A stretch of 63,767 nucleotides of DNA, counting the filler, from Reticulomyxa filosa (taxonomy: Eukaryota > Protista > Foraminifera), in assembly GCA_000512085.1 (NCBI GenBank). It is 23 parts of 23 records of this genome, joined end to end, with 100 filler letters (N's around TTAATTAATTAA, not from the genome) between each part and the next. Parts side by side here need not be neighbours in the genome. Positions count along the whole stretch, not along the records: positions 9,936 to 12,912 come from ASPP01003156.1; positions 13,013 to 16,080 come from ASPP01009999.1; positions 16,181 to 22,085 come from ASPP01010191.1; positions 22,186 to 23,468 come from ASPP01029520.1; positions 23,569 to 28,437 come from ASPP01005728.1; 18 more parts are not named here. One strand, written 5' to 3'. A model generated the notes under the pieces. The model saw only the letters and a list, made by a program, of their open reading frames with translations, was not told the origin of the DNA and ran no database searches. How positions within the stretch are numbered: position 1 is the first letter of the stretch; each line of letters starts with the position of its first letter. Both the position numbers and the translations under genes were made by a program. Shown here in pieces: positions 11,540-25,468 of this stretch.

Positions 11540-12789
11540 AAATTAAATATTATATCATTATTTTATTTCAATGCAAAATTCATTTCATCTATTGTATTTA
11601 TAATAATTTGATCAAAATCATTTATCCATCCTAATTTTATCTTTAAAGTTCGAATCAAATATTGAATAGCAAATTTTATTTCTTTCATTGACTGTTTATT
11701 ATTTATTATTTGTCAATCAGTTTTATACAATAAGATTTATTTGTCTTTCATCAAAATAAATAAAAAATAAACAAATCATTACCAACTGTGAATGATCCCA
11801 TACACGCACTTTAGTTTTTATATGAGTTAATACTTCTGTTTTATCATCTACTCCTCCAATGATGTGTATATTATTGTCCTCTTCACTCAATATTGCAATA
11901 CATGCAAATAATGGACTGGATAAAGTGTCTTGAAATGTCATCCATTTGTTTTCTCGAATTGAATACTTGTGCACCGATTTTGAAATAATTAATTCATTAT
12001 TGATCCAACTATATCCACCAAAGAACAAAATAACATCATTGATACACACATATGCATATCTTAACCGTGTAATATCTTTATAAACATGTATTTGACGAAA
12101 TTGAAAAGTGTTTTTATCTTCATCATATTCAATTGACAATCCTGCTTTTTTACAAAATAACAGCATTTGATAATTTTGTTTATTTTTTTGTTCATTTTCT
12201 GATTTTGATACAAAGCAATGATATTCAATATAATTTTTAGCTGGTAAAGTATCATGTTTAATAAATTGAAATGTATTTAAATCAAACACACTAATATTCG
12301 TTGGTAGATAAGTGATAAATAACAAATTATTGTTTATTCCACCAATCACTGCACGCACTCCTACATATTTATCATTATCTCTTCCAATTATAATTGGATG
12401 ATTTTTATTGTCTGTAAAAGGAATCCATTCATTGTAATTGTTTAATTCATTTGATTTGTTTAATATATTATCCCAAATACTTACATATTTCATTACAAAT
12501 GTATGTTTATTTTTTCCCATAACAATCAGATCCAAAAGACAATAAAGTAATTTGATTGCTGTGTTTATTATTGTTATCTATGAGCTTCACTACACAATGT
12601 CCCCATAATGTAGCATCACTTTGGATACTCACAGATAAGTCTGTATTCGTTTTTGAGTGTATGATAAGAATAACAAGCACTTTCCTTCCAACTTCCGCAA
12701 ATGAGGAGTTCGTGTTTGTGTAGCACACATTGAGGTCCTTGAAGTGGAATAGGCAAATCCTTCAAAGTTTCAAAGATTTGGTTACTCAT
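11540..12789 (-). CDS. Kelch-like beta-propeller protein of a lineage-expanded family; two +1 frameshifts in A-runs (pseudogene or sequencing error)
   Basis: 'MSNQIFETLKDLPIPL..PQCVLHKHELLICG', 'LFFGGY', 'SVHKYSIRENKW', 'IHIIGG'; frame breaks near 12620 and 12510. Confidence 0.75.
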
Positions 12790-13613
12790 GTTTGTTAATG
12801 TTGAGGAAATATCAAGTGGTTAGATTTTTTAAAAGGGAACATACAAGCACAAATTTGTCATTTGTGGAGATAATGATCAAAGGAAACGTTATCTTATTGA
12901 CAATTTTTAATTNNNNNNNNNNNNNNNNNNNNNNNNNNNNNNNNNNNNNNNNNNNNTTAATTAATTAANNNNNNNNNNNNNNNNNNNNNNNNNNNNNNNN
13001 NNNNNNNNNNNNATTTGCCGAAGATGCAAGAAAAGAGTGTCCAAGGTTATGTGTCCCATCACAGCTCCCTTCTTCGCTCAGTTCGTTTGTTGTTAAAATA
13101 GGTGAGGCTGGCAAGCTGTCAGACTAAGCCAAACACAAAGCATATACAGTATATACATAGAAACAAGCAAAACTCGAATATACGTATCTACACAAGACAT
13201 CACAAGCTCTTTACTAGAGGGCATTGTAAGTAAAGAAAGTTAACTCTTGAATTGCTATATGCTAGAGATCTCATCCCTCCAGAGATGAGCTGTTCCATAG
13301 ATCAAAACAATTTTTGCACTAACGCATCTGGCATATAAAAAATATTTAAAAAAAAAAAAGCTCAAAAGGTAACCCTAACGTTTCTCAACCAACATCGAAA
13401 TAAAATCAGTATCACAGGACCCAAATTTTTTAAAAACAAGTGAATATATTTTATTTCTATTCTCAACCAGACTATAACTAACTGATTAATTGCAATCACA
13501 ATCGATCTTGCAACGTAACAGTAATACACGGACAGCATAATCAACATGTTAGCAGTAAAAAGATCAAAGAAGACTGAAGAAAGAGGGACATGCAGAACTT
13601 TTTGTTTTAGAAC

Positions 13614-14506
13614 ATGCCTTCACGAAAATTGGATATGGAAGAGATGTATCGCCTCGAGGCGCAATCTCTTTTGTTAGGCCAAGGGTCAATCTTTGACCAT
13701 TCAATAAATGAAAACGTATACAAATATGCGAAAGAGAATTTTGTGTCGAACTTAACTGGAAGCGAGTGGTGGGAGATATGTTTAGTAATTTCTTTATTTC
13801 CAGTTGCATGTTTTGTGAGTAACATTATTGCACATTATTCAATATGGAGTTTAAAAAGAGGTTTGACCAGAAATGGATGGCATCAATTTATACTAGAATT
13901 TGGCGTGATCGTAATTCCCAATGTGTTGTGTTTGTGTCTAAACACACACTCATGGCGCTTGCATATCTTTGTGATAACACTGGAGTTATTCGGTGGTCTA
14001 TTGTTTGCCATCAAAGCAAAATATCAAATGAACATCTCACTTGTTTCATGGAATAATGATTTTCCAATGGGCTGTGATCAACAGCACAAATTATTTCTTT
14101 CGGTATAATTTGTTTCTTCTTGTCCGATTCTGTCCAATGTTCAATGCAATAATAACCAGCAATAATAAAATGAACCACATCCACACACCGTTGCAAAAGA
14201 TGTTTCGTGGAGGATTAATGTTGCTGACAATCATATCAATCTTAGGCGTGGATTTTATCATATTTCCAAGAAGATTTGCGAAATGCGAGACATTTGGATT
14301 TTCAGTCATGGACGCTGGTATTGGTTTATTTGTGATTGCGCAAGGAATTGTATCCCCAGTAGTTCGACATCAATCTTCTGCTACCTCGGAACACAATCTT
14401 CCTTCTTGGCGTGTGTTCGTCAAGATGTTTACCGATGTCTTTCCATTGTTTGTTCTAGGTGCACTCTTTGAACATACATATATAAATATGTTATTTGTAT
14501 ATACAC

Positions 14507-14538
<32 letters not shown>

Positions 14539-15597
14539 GTATAAAATATATAATATTGAACTTTTTGCTATTGTTGTTGTTGTTGTTATTGGAATAAGTA
14601 AGGTATGGCACGCTTAATTTCAACACAAAGTGTGGATTACCAATTGCATGTGAGTGAATACGGTGTCCATTGGAACTTTTTTTTTACAATGTGTTTGTTG
14701 TCACTTCAAAGCACAATTGTCCATCATTTCATTGTTTTTCCCTTTCAACGCTGGTATCCAAATAAGTCTTCACACCTTTATTTAATTATCGCTATTCTTA
14801 TTGGTGCTTTTTATCAATTGCTCTTGTCTACTCCTATTCTTTCTTATTTCTATATATTACCTTCATTGCATTCACAAGTTACTCTCCTTCTTTTTTTTTT
14901 TTCTTTCACATCTCTCCCCTCCTCTTTCTTTCTTCGTTAGCATTCTTCCTTGTCTTTCCAATACAATACATTGTGGTCCTCAACAACTTCTCAGCACTAT
15001 AATCTACGATCAATGGCACAAATTCATGGCATTCATGATTTAACGGACTACATATTGTATTATCCAAGAACAAGTTCGTCCTCCTTGATTAACTTAAACC
15101 GAGAAGGTTTATTCAGCTGCATTGGCTTTGCTAGTATTTATTATCTTGGTTGTTGGCTGGGAGTTCATTTTCATCGAAGACGCACTACCAAGGGAGAACT
15201 GTTTTCGCTCATGACCTGGCTACTGTTCACTTGTCTTGCTTTTAGTGCTTGTACATTCGTAGCACACAATTGGGTGCAAGATATTTCTCGTCGACTATGC
15301 AATCTTACCTTTATTTTTTGGATAGTACTTATTACTAATTGGACTATCTTCCTTTCCTTGCTGTCCAGCTTTTTGTTATGCTTTGAGCCTCTTACTCTTT
15401 TGGCGAATGTGATCAATTACAATCAAATGGGAATTTTTTTGTTTGCAAACATACTCACTGGGCTTATCAATCTCTTTTTGAAAACTCTGCTGGCCACCCC
15501 ATTTGTTGCTTATTCCATTGTTGGGTGTTATGCATTGATTTGTTGTGTTGTGTTTGTTGTCCTTTATCAGTATCAAATCAGATTGAAATTTTGGTAA
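13614..15597 (+). CDS. PIGW: GPI inositol acyltransferase PIG-W/GWT1, multi-exon
   Basis: 'KENFVSNLTGS', 'ILGVDF..FPRRFAKCETFGFSVMDAGIG', 'HVSEYGVHWNFFFT', 'NREGLFSCIG', 'ISRRLCN'. Confidence 0.95.
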
Positions 15598-16938
15598 CTA
15601 CTTTTTGCATTCGTGCAAATTTTTGTTTTCCAAAAATTATTTACATTTGCTAGATTGCAAGTCACTGTTAAAATGAGCACAGTTGAAGCAAAACAATCAA
15701 AACAAATGAGAGTTGGTATTAAAATATTTTTATTTTGTTTTTCACGTAACACGTAATACCAACATTTTGTTTTCAAAGTGGTACATTTTTTTGTTTAACC
15801 ACACAACGCACTGCACAACATTTTTTTAAAACTAATATATTGTTTTTTTATAACGTGATACAAATAAATTTGCCATTTTTAAGAGACGCATTCATCGTCC
15901 TCTTTTACAAACAAATCATTTGTAGGCAGCTTTTTTTTTTTGAAGCGCCATTTTGATTGAAAACAAAATATTTTGAAAATTAAACTTCGCTTTAGCAATT
16001 TTTTATCCAATCCCAGGCGCTATTTTACTTGACAAAAAAAAAAAAAAAAACAAATAAAAAAACAAAACAATAAACACGCANNNNNNNNNNNNNNNNNNNN
16101 NNNNNNNNNNNNNNNNNNNNNNNNTTAATTAATTAANNNNNNNNNNNNNNNNNNNNNNNNNNNNNNNNNNNNNNNNNNNNTATCGTTTTAGGCGTTCAGT
16201 TTTCTTTGCAACCTACTGTAGTATGTCCATTAATCTCTTTATTAATTTCATTTTCTTTGTTTTGCATCCATAACTCTTTGCCTTTTCGATAAATTCTTTC
16301 TTTGATATTTCTTTAATTTTTCCAAAATTGAAAGCTATGTATTCACTCTATCTATTACCTTGAGTGTTTAATAAAAGTAAAAAAAGAGCTCAATTGGATA
16401 CTTTTGATTTGAGTCCAATTTCAGAGCCGGAGGAATCTATTTTTCTTTTTTGAATTGTTTCAAGATATATTTTCTTACAGATTATGCAAAAATAAAAATA
16501 TCAAATAAGTCATTTACTTTTTTTCTTATCCATTTCCTGATTTGATACAATATAATTAACAGCTCTAAATCCATGGATTGTAATTGTTTGATTGATATTA
16601 TCATTATTATCATATTTTATCAATGTATATTTTCCTCTTCCATCAAAAGACATGTGATATCTCTACTATTTTTCTGACTTCTTGTAAATATTCTTTTATT
16701 CCCATTGAAAACAAAATTTTTTTTCCATCAAAAATAAAAATAAAAAAAATTAAGCTTTTTAAATTATTAATTGTTAAGAAATGACATAGATAAAAGTGTT
16801 TTGCTTGACATCCTTCAATTAATATCATTGAAATTTTTATTTTTACAACGTGTTTATTGGTTAATTTACTTTTTGGTCAATAAAAAAACAAATCTTCATT
16901 AATTAAATATACTTTTATTTTTTGCTTGAAAACGTAGA

Positions 16939-18983
16939 TCATCCCCAAATACAAATAGGACCTTTGGCTGAACCATAACACAAATTTAATACATTGTCGT
17001 TGTTCTTTTTCAATCTTAACAACTTGATAGAATATATTCCACCATCTTTTTGATCTCCATTGATCAAATATAATTCCTTCTTATTTGATCGAATATCCCA
17101 AAATCGAATTGTATTATCAAATGATCCAGAACATATCACATTTGAAATACTGTTAACTTCATTACTATCCTTTACTATAAATGGTAAATATTCAACAGCA
17201 AATACACGATTTGAGTGTCCTTTGAATTCTTGAATTTGTTGATCAGATCGAATATCCCACAAACGTACACTCTTATCTTCTGACCCTGATAATATTGCAT
17301 TTACTAATTCATTTGATCCATATTTTACACTTCTTATTCCATTTTCATGTCCTTTAAATACACTCAGTTGTTTTGTTGTTTCAATATCCCATATACGAAT
17401 TGTATTATCATACGATCCAGAACAAATAGTATATCCATTTCCACCAATCACACCAATATTATTACTTTTATTGTTATCATTATTGATATTGCTTTGTAAT
17501 AATGAAAAAGCAACACACCAAACAAGATTTGTATGTCCATTAAATGTATACAATGATTTGAATGTTTTAACATCCCATAAATGTATTGTCTTGTCATATG
17601 ATCCAGAACATAAATATCGACCATTATTAAATTGTGAGAACTCGATACCAGCAACACCAGCGTATTTATTGAATATGTGTAATTTTTTGTTAGCTTTAAT
17701 ATCCCAAAATCGAATTGTTTTGTCATATGATGAAGAACAAATGACTTGTTGATTATAATTATGATAATGATATGATGAAAATTTCATACAAAATACATAA
17801 GATGAATGTCCATTAAATAATTGAATTTGTTTGTTGTTATTAATATCCCATACACGAATTGTTTTATCAGATGATCCAGAATAAAGTAATTGAATATCAT
17901 TAAATGTTGAATAATCAATTCCTTGAACATAATTTGTGTGTCCATTAAATCTATTAAGTTGTTTAAAAGAATTCATCAATTCAAAACTGAAAATGGAATA
18001 TTTGTTAGAATCTATTGATGATGAAATATCTTTGTTATTATTTTCTTTTTGTTCTTCTGTATTGTCATTGTTTTGTTTTAAAAGTTGACTAATCTGTTCC
18101 AATTTCTTTTCTTTTTTTTTCAATTTTTTCTTTCATTTGTTTGATTTTATTATCTTTTCTTAATTGTTCAATCTCAAGTAATGCTGTTTTCTGTTCAATT
18201 GTTTTTTTGATATTTATTTTGAGGAAAAAACACACAAACCTGAGAAGATTCTGATTGTAAAATATCTTGTTTCAAAAGTGAAATCTCATCATCTTTCAAC
18301 TTTAACTTCAATTTATTGTCTTTAATCTCTTACTATTTTTATTTTTTAAAAATAAATGATAATAACAAAAAAATAGAAGAATAATACCTGATGTTGTTGA
18401 ATAGTTTGTTTTAATGTTTCAAATGTTTTGATCACCAAATCAAAATGTAATTGCATCTTTGAAACCAAATGATCTTGTAACATGTGTTTTGAACATGTAT
18501 GATCACATCCAAATGAGTCAAACCAACATTTTGTTAACTTTAAGCAGCAATCATTTTCCAAATGATCATTTGCTTGTTTAATCTTTCCTTTAAAATCACA
18601 AGTCATCACTCCAGATGTTCCTCCTTCTCCTTCTTCTTGTCCTTTTTCTTGTTCGGATTGTCGTGGACATATCACATCTAATTCTTCAATCAATCGTTTT
18701 ACTAATCGACTTTGAGAATACAAACAATCGTAGTGTGGTTCGACTGGACAATAATTTGAATTCTGACTTAGAAATTGGCTGAAAAACTCTTTCCGACGAC
18801 TAATATTTCATTTATGTTCATGTGTTGGGGACAATTAATTTCCATCGGATTGTTGGCAATTTGTTTACAAATTAAACAAGTAAATCCATTAATGCCTTCA
18901 AGCTGATTTAAATGTAAAACCCAATTTTTGTCAAAGCACGCTTGAAGTTCTTCTTTATTTTTTTCATCTTCCAGTTTACTCAT
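16939..18983 (-). CDS. RING-like/TRAF zinc finger - coiled coil - WD40 protein (TRAF7-like architecture); apparent frameshift near 18785
   Basis: '[11 protein letters not shown]...CPQH...CPV', 'ELDVICP...CDFKG...DHL...C...[12 protein letters not shown]....DHL', then a coiled coil and ~7 WD repeats ending 'ICIWG*'. Confidence 0.8.
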
Positions 18984-19632
18984 TTTCTTTCCTTTAGCTT
19001 AGATCTCTGAATTGATTCCAAAGTTTTTTTTGTTTTGAAGTTTCCTTGAATTGGAGAATTTTTTTTGTTCACACTCGGCACAGAGTTGCATTTTATTTTA
19101 AAAAGATCGTGTTACAAAGAGCATATAAAATATTCGTTATTTTCATGATTGAATGCATTGGAGACAAAAGCAAAATCTTGAAAATTGAACACGATTATGT
19201 CAACTAAAAACTGCTAATCTCATAAAAGAGCCTTTTTTTTATTAACCATATTGTATTACAAAGCAAAAATGAAACTAAATTGAATTGTTAGTTATTATTT
19301 TTTAAAAAAAGCACGCATTGTCTACTATTTCAATATTATGACCTATTTTTGCAGTATGAAAATTCCTTTGATTTAACTAAGTAATATCGTTCTCTTTCTT
19401 AGACCAATATAAGCTGTTGCAAATACTATTGACGTTATTATTGCACGTATAGCCACAAATTGTGGTGTTTTATTCATGAGGTCATGCATGATAAAAATAG
19501 TTTCTTGCACTGCAGCAAACAAAAGAATGGACAACTAATTAGAACAAAAAAGTTTCGAAAGGGATTCCTCAAACATAGCTTTAGTTTGGAAAAAAAAAGT
19601 CGTCATTCCAGAAAGAGAAAGCGAGGATAATA

Positions 19633-20925
19633 ATGCCAAAACGTGCAACTGTGTTACCTGAGCCAGAACCTATAACGTTAAAGCAGCTGCGAAGTGTGAT
19701 TCCTGCACATTGTTTTGAAAGGTGTGTTTATTAATTTTTTTTTTTCCTCGCTTTTTTAAAAAAAAAGGGGGTTGGAAAAAAGGTATACGTAGATAAACGT
19801 ACAAGAACAAAAATGTGGTGTGTATGTGTGTGGGTAATTTGGAATAGGTCAAACTTGACATCATTCGGCTATGTGTTGAGAGACCTAATAGCGACATCAG
19901 TGGTGATCTATCTTGGCGGATACATAGATCTGATTCCGAATATAATTGTGCGCCTGATAGTATTATTTGTGTATTGCTTCATTCTCGGAACAGTGATGAT
20001 GGGTATGTGGGTGCTTGCGCACGAGTGTGGCCACCAGGCTTTTTCACCGTCGTTAATTGTGAACGACGCAGTGGGATGTGTGTTGCATACGACATTGTTT
20101 GTGCCCTATTGGTCATGGAAATATTCCCACGCGAAACACCACGCAAATGTGAATTCAATGGAAAAGGACAGCGTGTTTATCCCACGAACGGATCTAACAG
20201 CGGACTTGAAGCGAACGTCGGAACCACCCTTGTTTAAACGTATCTTCGGGCTGATCAGATTTTTGTCATTGGGATTGATTGTGCATCTGCTTGTCAATGC
20301 CGTATCGTGCAAAGTGGAAAAGCCAAACAATAAGAAGAAAAGCGCGGTGGATATCTTTGCCGAAAAACTAGGTTTGGACAGATGGAACTCGCATTTCAAC
20401 CCGTTTTGCCACTTGTGGCGAACTACCGAACAGAAGATTGGCGTGACGGCCAGTGTTGTCGCGATATTTGTATGGGTATGGATCTTGTATCGATTAACTT
20501 TGCATTTCGGAGTGGTGCTAATGCTCAAAAATTATTTTGTGCCGTATTTGTGGGTCAACATTTGGCTGATAATTATTACGTTTTTGCACCACACAGATTT
20601 GGCTGTTCCAAAGTATTACAGCGAAAAGTGGACGTGGCTGCGAGGCGCGCTTGGCACGGTCGATCGCGATTATGGCATCATGAATGTGCTGCATCATCAT
20701 ATTACGGATACCCATGTGCTTCATCATATCTTTTCCCAAATACCTCATTACCATGCCCAAGAGGCTACCAAGGCCTTGCTGGACAGCCATTTGATCGATG
20801 AGTATTACTTGTATGACCCCACTCCTTGGTATGTCGCTCTTTGGCGCAGTTACACCCAATGTTGGTATGTCAGACACGACCAACCTATCACGTGGTTTGA
20901 ATCTTTCAAAACGAAACATCAATAA
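19633..20925 (+). CDS. FAD2: Delta-12 (omega-6) fatty acid desaturase; exon 1 at 19633-~19720, intron to ~19847
   Basis: 'ITLKQLRSVIPAHCFE'; His boxes HECGH, HAKHH and HVLHH; 'WLRGALGTVDRDYG'. Confidence 0.93.
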
Positions 20926-22185
20926 ACTTTTTTTCGAAGACATTTACACTTTCTGCTTTTTTTTGTGATTTGTTTGTGCTTTTTTTATTTCGCTTTTTTT
21001 GCCTGTTGATATTTTTTGTAACTTGTTGATATTCTTTTTTTAAAATGCTATTATCTCACTTGGATCATAATTAAGTTTCTTTGGCCTGGCCGTCCATGCA
21101 AAAGTTTTTTTTTTCGCAATGAGAAACGGAAAAACGAAAATAAAAAAATGAGTATTTTATGCGCATTTTTTTATCCATCGAATGATCCATTTTTACCCTT
21201 TTTTGACTTAATGTCACCCGAAAGGACATATTTATGTTGCCTTCAAATGCCATTGGATATTTGAAAACGAAAGAATAATTTGTTCAACAAAAAAAATGCA
21301 AACGTCTTCAAAGTACTGTGTCTGACAATACTAACAAAAAAATTCATTTGCAAGCACCAGCAGAACTTGTCACGATCTGGTGGATATGGCTGAAGTTTGA
21401 TGAAAGATTAGAAATATATTGTAAATACTATCATATCAATACAGTCAAACAACAAACTACTACAGATGACGTGTTGTTGATAACCTAACAAAATGTGAAA
21501 TTGATATTAGTGCGTGCAAAAAAAAAAAAGCAGTCGAAAAGGGAGAATTGTCCAAGAGATAAGCAAAGTGACATAAATTTTTTTGCTTTTTGTTTTAAAT
21601 CGAGTCATTATGCTTGTATCAGTTACTCTGACTTGCAGGATGTTATGTCATCACTGTTTGGGGTCAACGCCAATCGATGAGCACTGACTTTTTTGTTTGT
21701 TTGGCTGAAGCTTTAACGACAGCCGTTAATCAATTTTTTCTTCATAAACGCCTTAACGTAACCGTCTTGAAGCTAATGAAGAGCGACTCTAGTGAACTTA
21801 GTAACCCTTTTCCCCTAGGCTTACCTTTAACTTTTTTCAGGTTTTCTTCATATTGCTTATCTAAAAGTAACAATTAGCATTATGCTTTGTACTAATTCTT
21901 TCAGTGCCCACTAAAATATTTTCTATTTTATCAAGATTTCAAACGAAAACAGACATTGCTATAAAAGTAAAAAGATCTGGTTAAAAAAATACTCTGTCAA
22001 CTTTTGTGGGGGCATAGCAAAAATATGAGCGAAGAGAATAAAAGCATAGAAAAGCCAAGTGAGGCGATAACAACAACAACAACAANNNNNNNNNNNNNNN
22101 NNNNNNNNNNNNNNNNNNNNNNNNNNNNNTTAATTAATTAANNNNNNNNNNNNNNNNNNNNNNNNNNNNNNNNNNNNNNNNNNNN

Positions 22186-23468
22186 ATTAACCAGCAATTG
22201 ATGTGAAGCATTGTCCACTATTTACAGTTAATATAAATAATTGAACATTGCTTTTTTCACTTGATACCGAAATACAATCTTTCTTGTAATGATTTGTGGA
22301 TTCTTTGCTCATATTAAATCTCACAACGTTTATGCAATTATCAAAATAGTGTTGCTTGTCCATGATCTTTTGTTACAATACGGAGATTGCCAAATATTTC
22401 CGTTTCATTGACAATATTTCATCAACAAGGATTGGAGCTCGTTTCTGTTTTGACATTTGCAGAAGCTTTAATATTCGAGTCAATGATTCAATGTGCATAT
22501 TTTCAAAGTCTTCTGACATCCAACGAATGGTTTGGTTCTTCTTTTTGGTTGTTAATTCATTCCGCATTGTCCAATGAGACTGTTCGTTGAACCAAGCAAT
22601 AATTTACCGGAACTTTGACAATGTTCTTGAAGAACTCAATGTTCAACATGCTTTTCCGATGATAGTCATGACGTTGATAAAGTAGTGGTCCATGCGTTTG
22701 GGGATCGAAACCATCATTTCCTTGGCTTTTTTGATAATGCGTTCCGAGGTCGTGGTAGCTGTATTTGATTTGTTTCTGCTACATGCTTTGCAATAAAGAA
22801 TGGCCTCGATGATGACGATGGTAATGCAATCGAAGACATCTTTGGCAGCAGCTAGTGCAATAAACGAAGAAAAAGAAAAGATGCGTCGATACGACTGTGG
22901 TTCCAAGAATAGATCATGGTATCGACGTCATCTCAAGTGCCCAATGACGAAACGGAGCCAATAAAAATGGCAATCGATTGGAAGCCAGTATTTATAGACA
23001 TTTAATACAATGATTTGATCATTGTTTAATTTGCCGAGCTACCACTTTGTGTCTGGGCATTAATGGAGAAGAGGATCGACGCAGAATGATGGATCGCGCT
23101 TGTATGTATAATGGCAGGACTGTTCATGTATTTGGCAAAATGGAGTGATCTTTGAGAATGCATGTATTATTACAAGGACGATATGTGGTATGTGATTATG
23201 AGAAGAATATCTCCTTGAAAAAGATTCACCAATTTGTATTTGGCTAAGTGGAGATGGTACTTCCGATATTGTAGACGTGCCAATATTGTTTCTCGATCCA
23301 ATCTCTTTTGCACTGATACTATTCGCTGTCGTTGATGTTATTTGTCATGGAAGAGTCACTATATTATTGCTTTCTGGATATCGTTTGCATGTCAAATCTT
23401 TTTTTAGTTTTTGTAACGCTCCGTTATTACTAAGACAGCAGTATTTGCTCCAACATTTCTTGCACATC
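22186..23468 (-). mobile_element. Possible highly degraded non-LTR retrotransposon ORF2 (APE endonuclease plus linker)
   Basis: Stop-riddled frames carry, in LINE order, 'YNIGS', 'GDILLI', 'IIVLNVYK', 'FVIGH', 'RIIKKAK', 'DHYFINV' and 'KQKRAPILVDEI'. Confidence 0.35.
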
Positions 23469-23679
23469 NNNNNNNNNNNNNNNNNNNNNNNNNNNNNNNN
23501 NNNNNNNNNNNNTTAATTAATTAANNNNNNNNNNNNNNNNNNNNNNNNNNNNNNNNNNNNNNNNNNNNTTTTTTTTTTTTTTTCCTCTCCCTCCCCCTCC
23601 TCCTCTCTTCTCGCTAAATTTGTAAATGATTGGTTGCAACGACAGTTCATTGTAACACACAAACTTTCACTTGTAAACA

Positions 23680-25003
23680 AACATTGGAAACGAACAGACG
23701 AGTTTATCAAAGGATCCAAGACCAAGTGTGGCAAGGGGTCAACAAAAGCAATCCTATCCGTCGCTTTTTGTTCAGTCGTGCGTATAATGCAAAGCAAGCA
23801 GCACTTGAGGCAGGAGACTTTCCACCCTCGTTTTGGGAACAACTCGTATTCCGTCGTGTGAAGGCACGGTTTGGTGGACAAATCAAAGCGTGCTCAAGTG
23901 GATCTGCTCCATTATCCGCTCAAACGGCACGCTTTTTGCAAGCGTGTCTGTGTGACTTAGTTGGTGAGGGGTATGGATTAACGGAAACATCCGCTGGCGG
24001 GACCACTTGCAGTCACTTTGACACACGCTTTGGGCATGTCGGTACGCCTCTTTCTTGTATGGAAATCAAACTGGTCGATGTAGCCGATATGAATTATAGG
24101 TGTGGTATACGTGTGTGTGTGTGTGTCTGATCGACACTTTTTTTTTTTGCTCCAATTGTTGTGTTATACATTTCACACTTTGAAAAAAAAAAAAAAAAGA
24201 ACAACTGATCGGCCAGAGCCCCGTGGTGAAATATGGTTGCGTGGACCAAATGTGTTCCAAGGGTATTTTAAGGAACCTGAAAAAAGTGGTGAAGTGTTGA
24301 CAGGTGATGGATGGTTTGCTACAGGGGATGTGGGCAAATGGTGTCGTGATGGCAAATTACAAATTATTGATCGAAAGAAAAACATATTCAAATTAGCTCA
24401 AGGTTCATCCCTTTTTTTTTTTTTTTGTTGTTGTTTTTATTTCTGACCATTTTTTTTTATGATCTTATGTGACAATGGCTTAAAGTACAATCCATAAAAT
24501 AACAACAAAGGTGAATACGTTCGTCCTGAATACGTTGAAAATGTCTTCAAGGGAAGCCCATTCATTGCCAACATTTTTGTACATGGTGACTCGACACAAA
24601 CGTATGTCGTCGCGATCATTGTACCAAATTTCGAATCATTAATTGAATGGGCTTCGAAAAAAGGAATTGTACCCCCAAAGGTTAGCCGGGTTGTGTTTTA
24701 AGGTCGCGTGTTTTAGAAACGAACTTATCTTTTTTTTTCTGTGATGATGTATAGGACAAAAAAGACTTATTGAAAAGTCCTTTGGTTGAAACCCTGATCC
24801 GAAACGAGTTGGAACGTTTGTCTCAACAAGAAAAACTGAATGGTTTTGAGAAAATCAAGCAATTTGTGCTTGTAGCTGAAGATTTTACTATCGAAAATGG
24901 TCTTCTCACTACAACATTAAAGCTAAAGAGACACGAAGCTAAGTTAAAATACCAAAAGGAAATTGAATATATGTATGCCACACCAACTCCTTCAAAGCTA
25001 TAA
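23680..25003 (+). CDS. Long-chain acyl-CoA synthetase, 3' part, multi-exon
   Basis: 'SGSAPLS', 'EGYGLTET', '[17 protein letters not shown]', 'WFATGDVG', '[17 protein letters not shown]', '[10 protein letters not shown]'; ends in SKL. Confidence 0.93.
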
Positions 25004-25468
25004 AAAGTGAAACTATCCACAACTTAACAACGATTATTATAGTTGTTTTTGTCGAGAATTTGTATTTTGAACATTCTCAAATACTCTGATCCTCACCACT
25101 AGCTGGTGCATTGCAACTCTGCCCAAATTCTTTAAGTGTTAAAAAATCAATTTAAAGCTAGAGCCTTGAAAAAAGAGGAAGCAATCTTTTAGTTTTTTCA
25201 AGCCACAATAAATGGGAACATTTTTAACGGCTTCAAAAATAAATAAAAAACAAATAAAACAAAATTAAAACAAGCTCTTTCAGAATATTTTTTTTTTGCT
25301 CTGCCGTTACGTAGCCGAATTTACGTTGCACATTGGAGTGAATATTTTGCACAACATTAATTTTTCACATAAAAGAGTGTAAAAGAGTTCGAAGAACGAA
25401 AACACCGTGATAGACCAATGGAAGGTCAAAAACAAAAAAAAGAATGTTTTTTTTTTGGGGGAAAGTTA

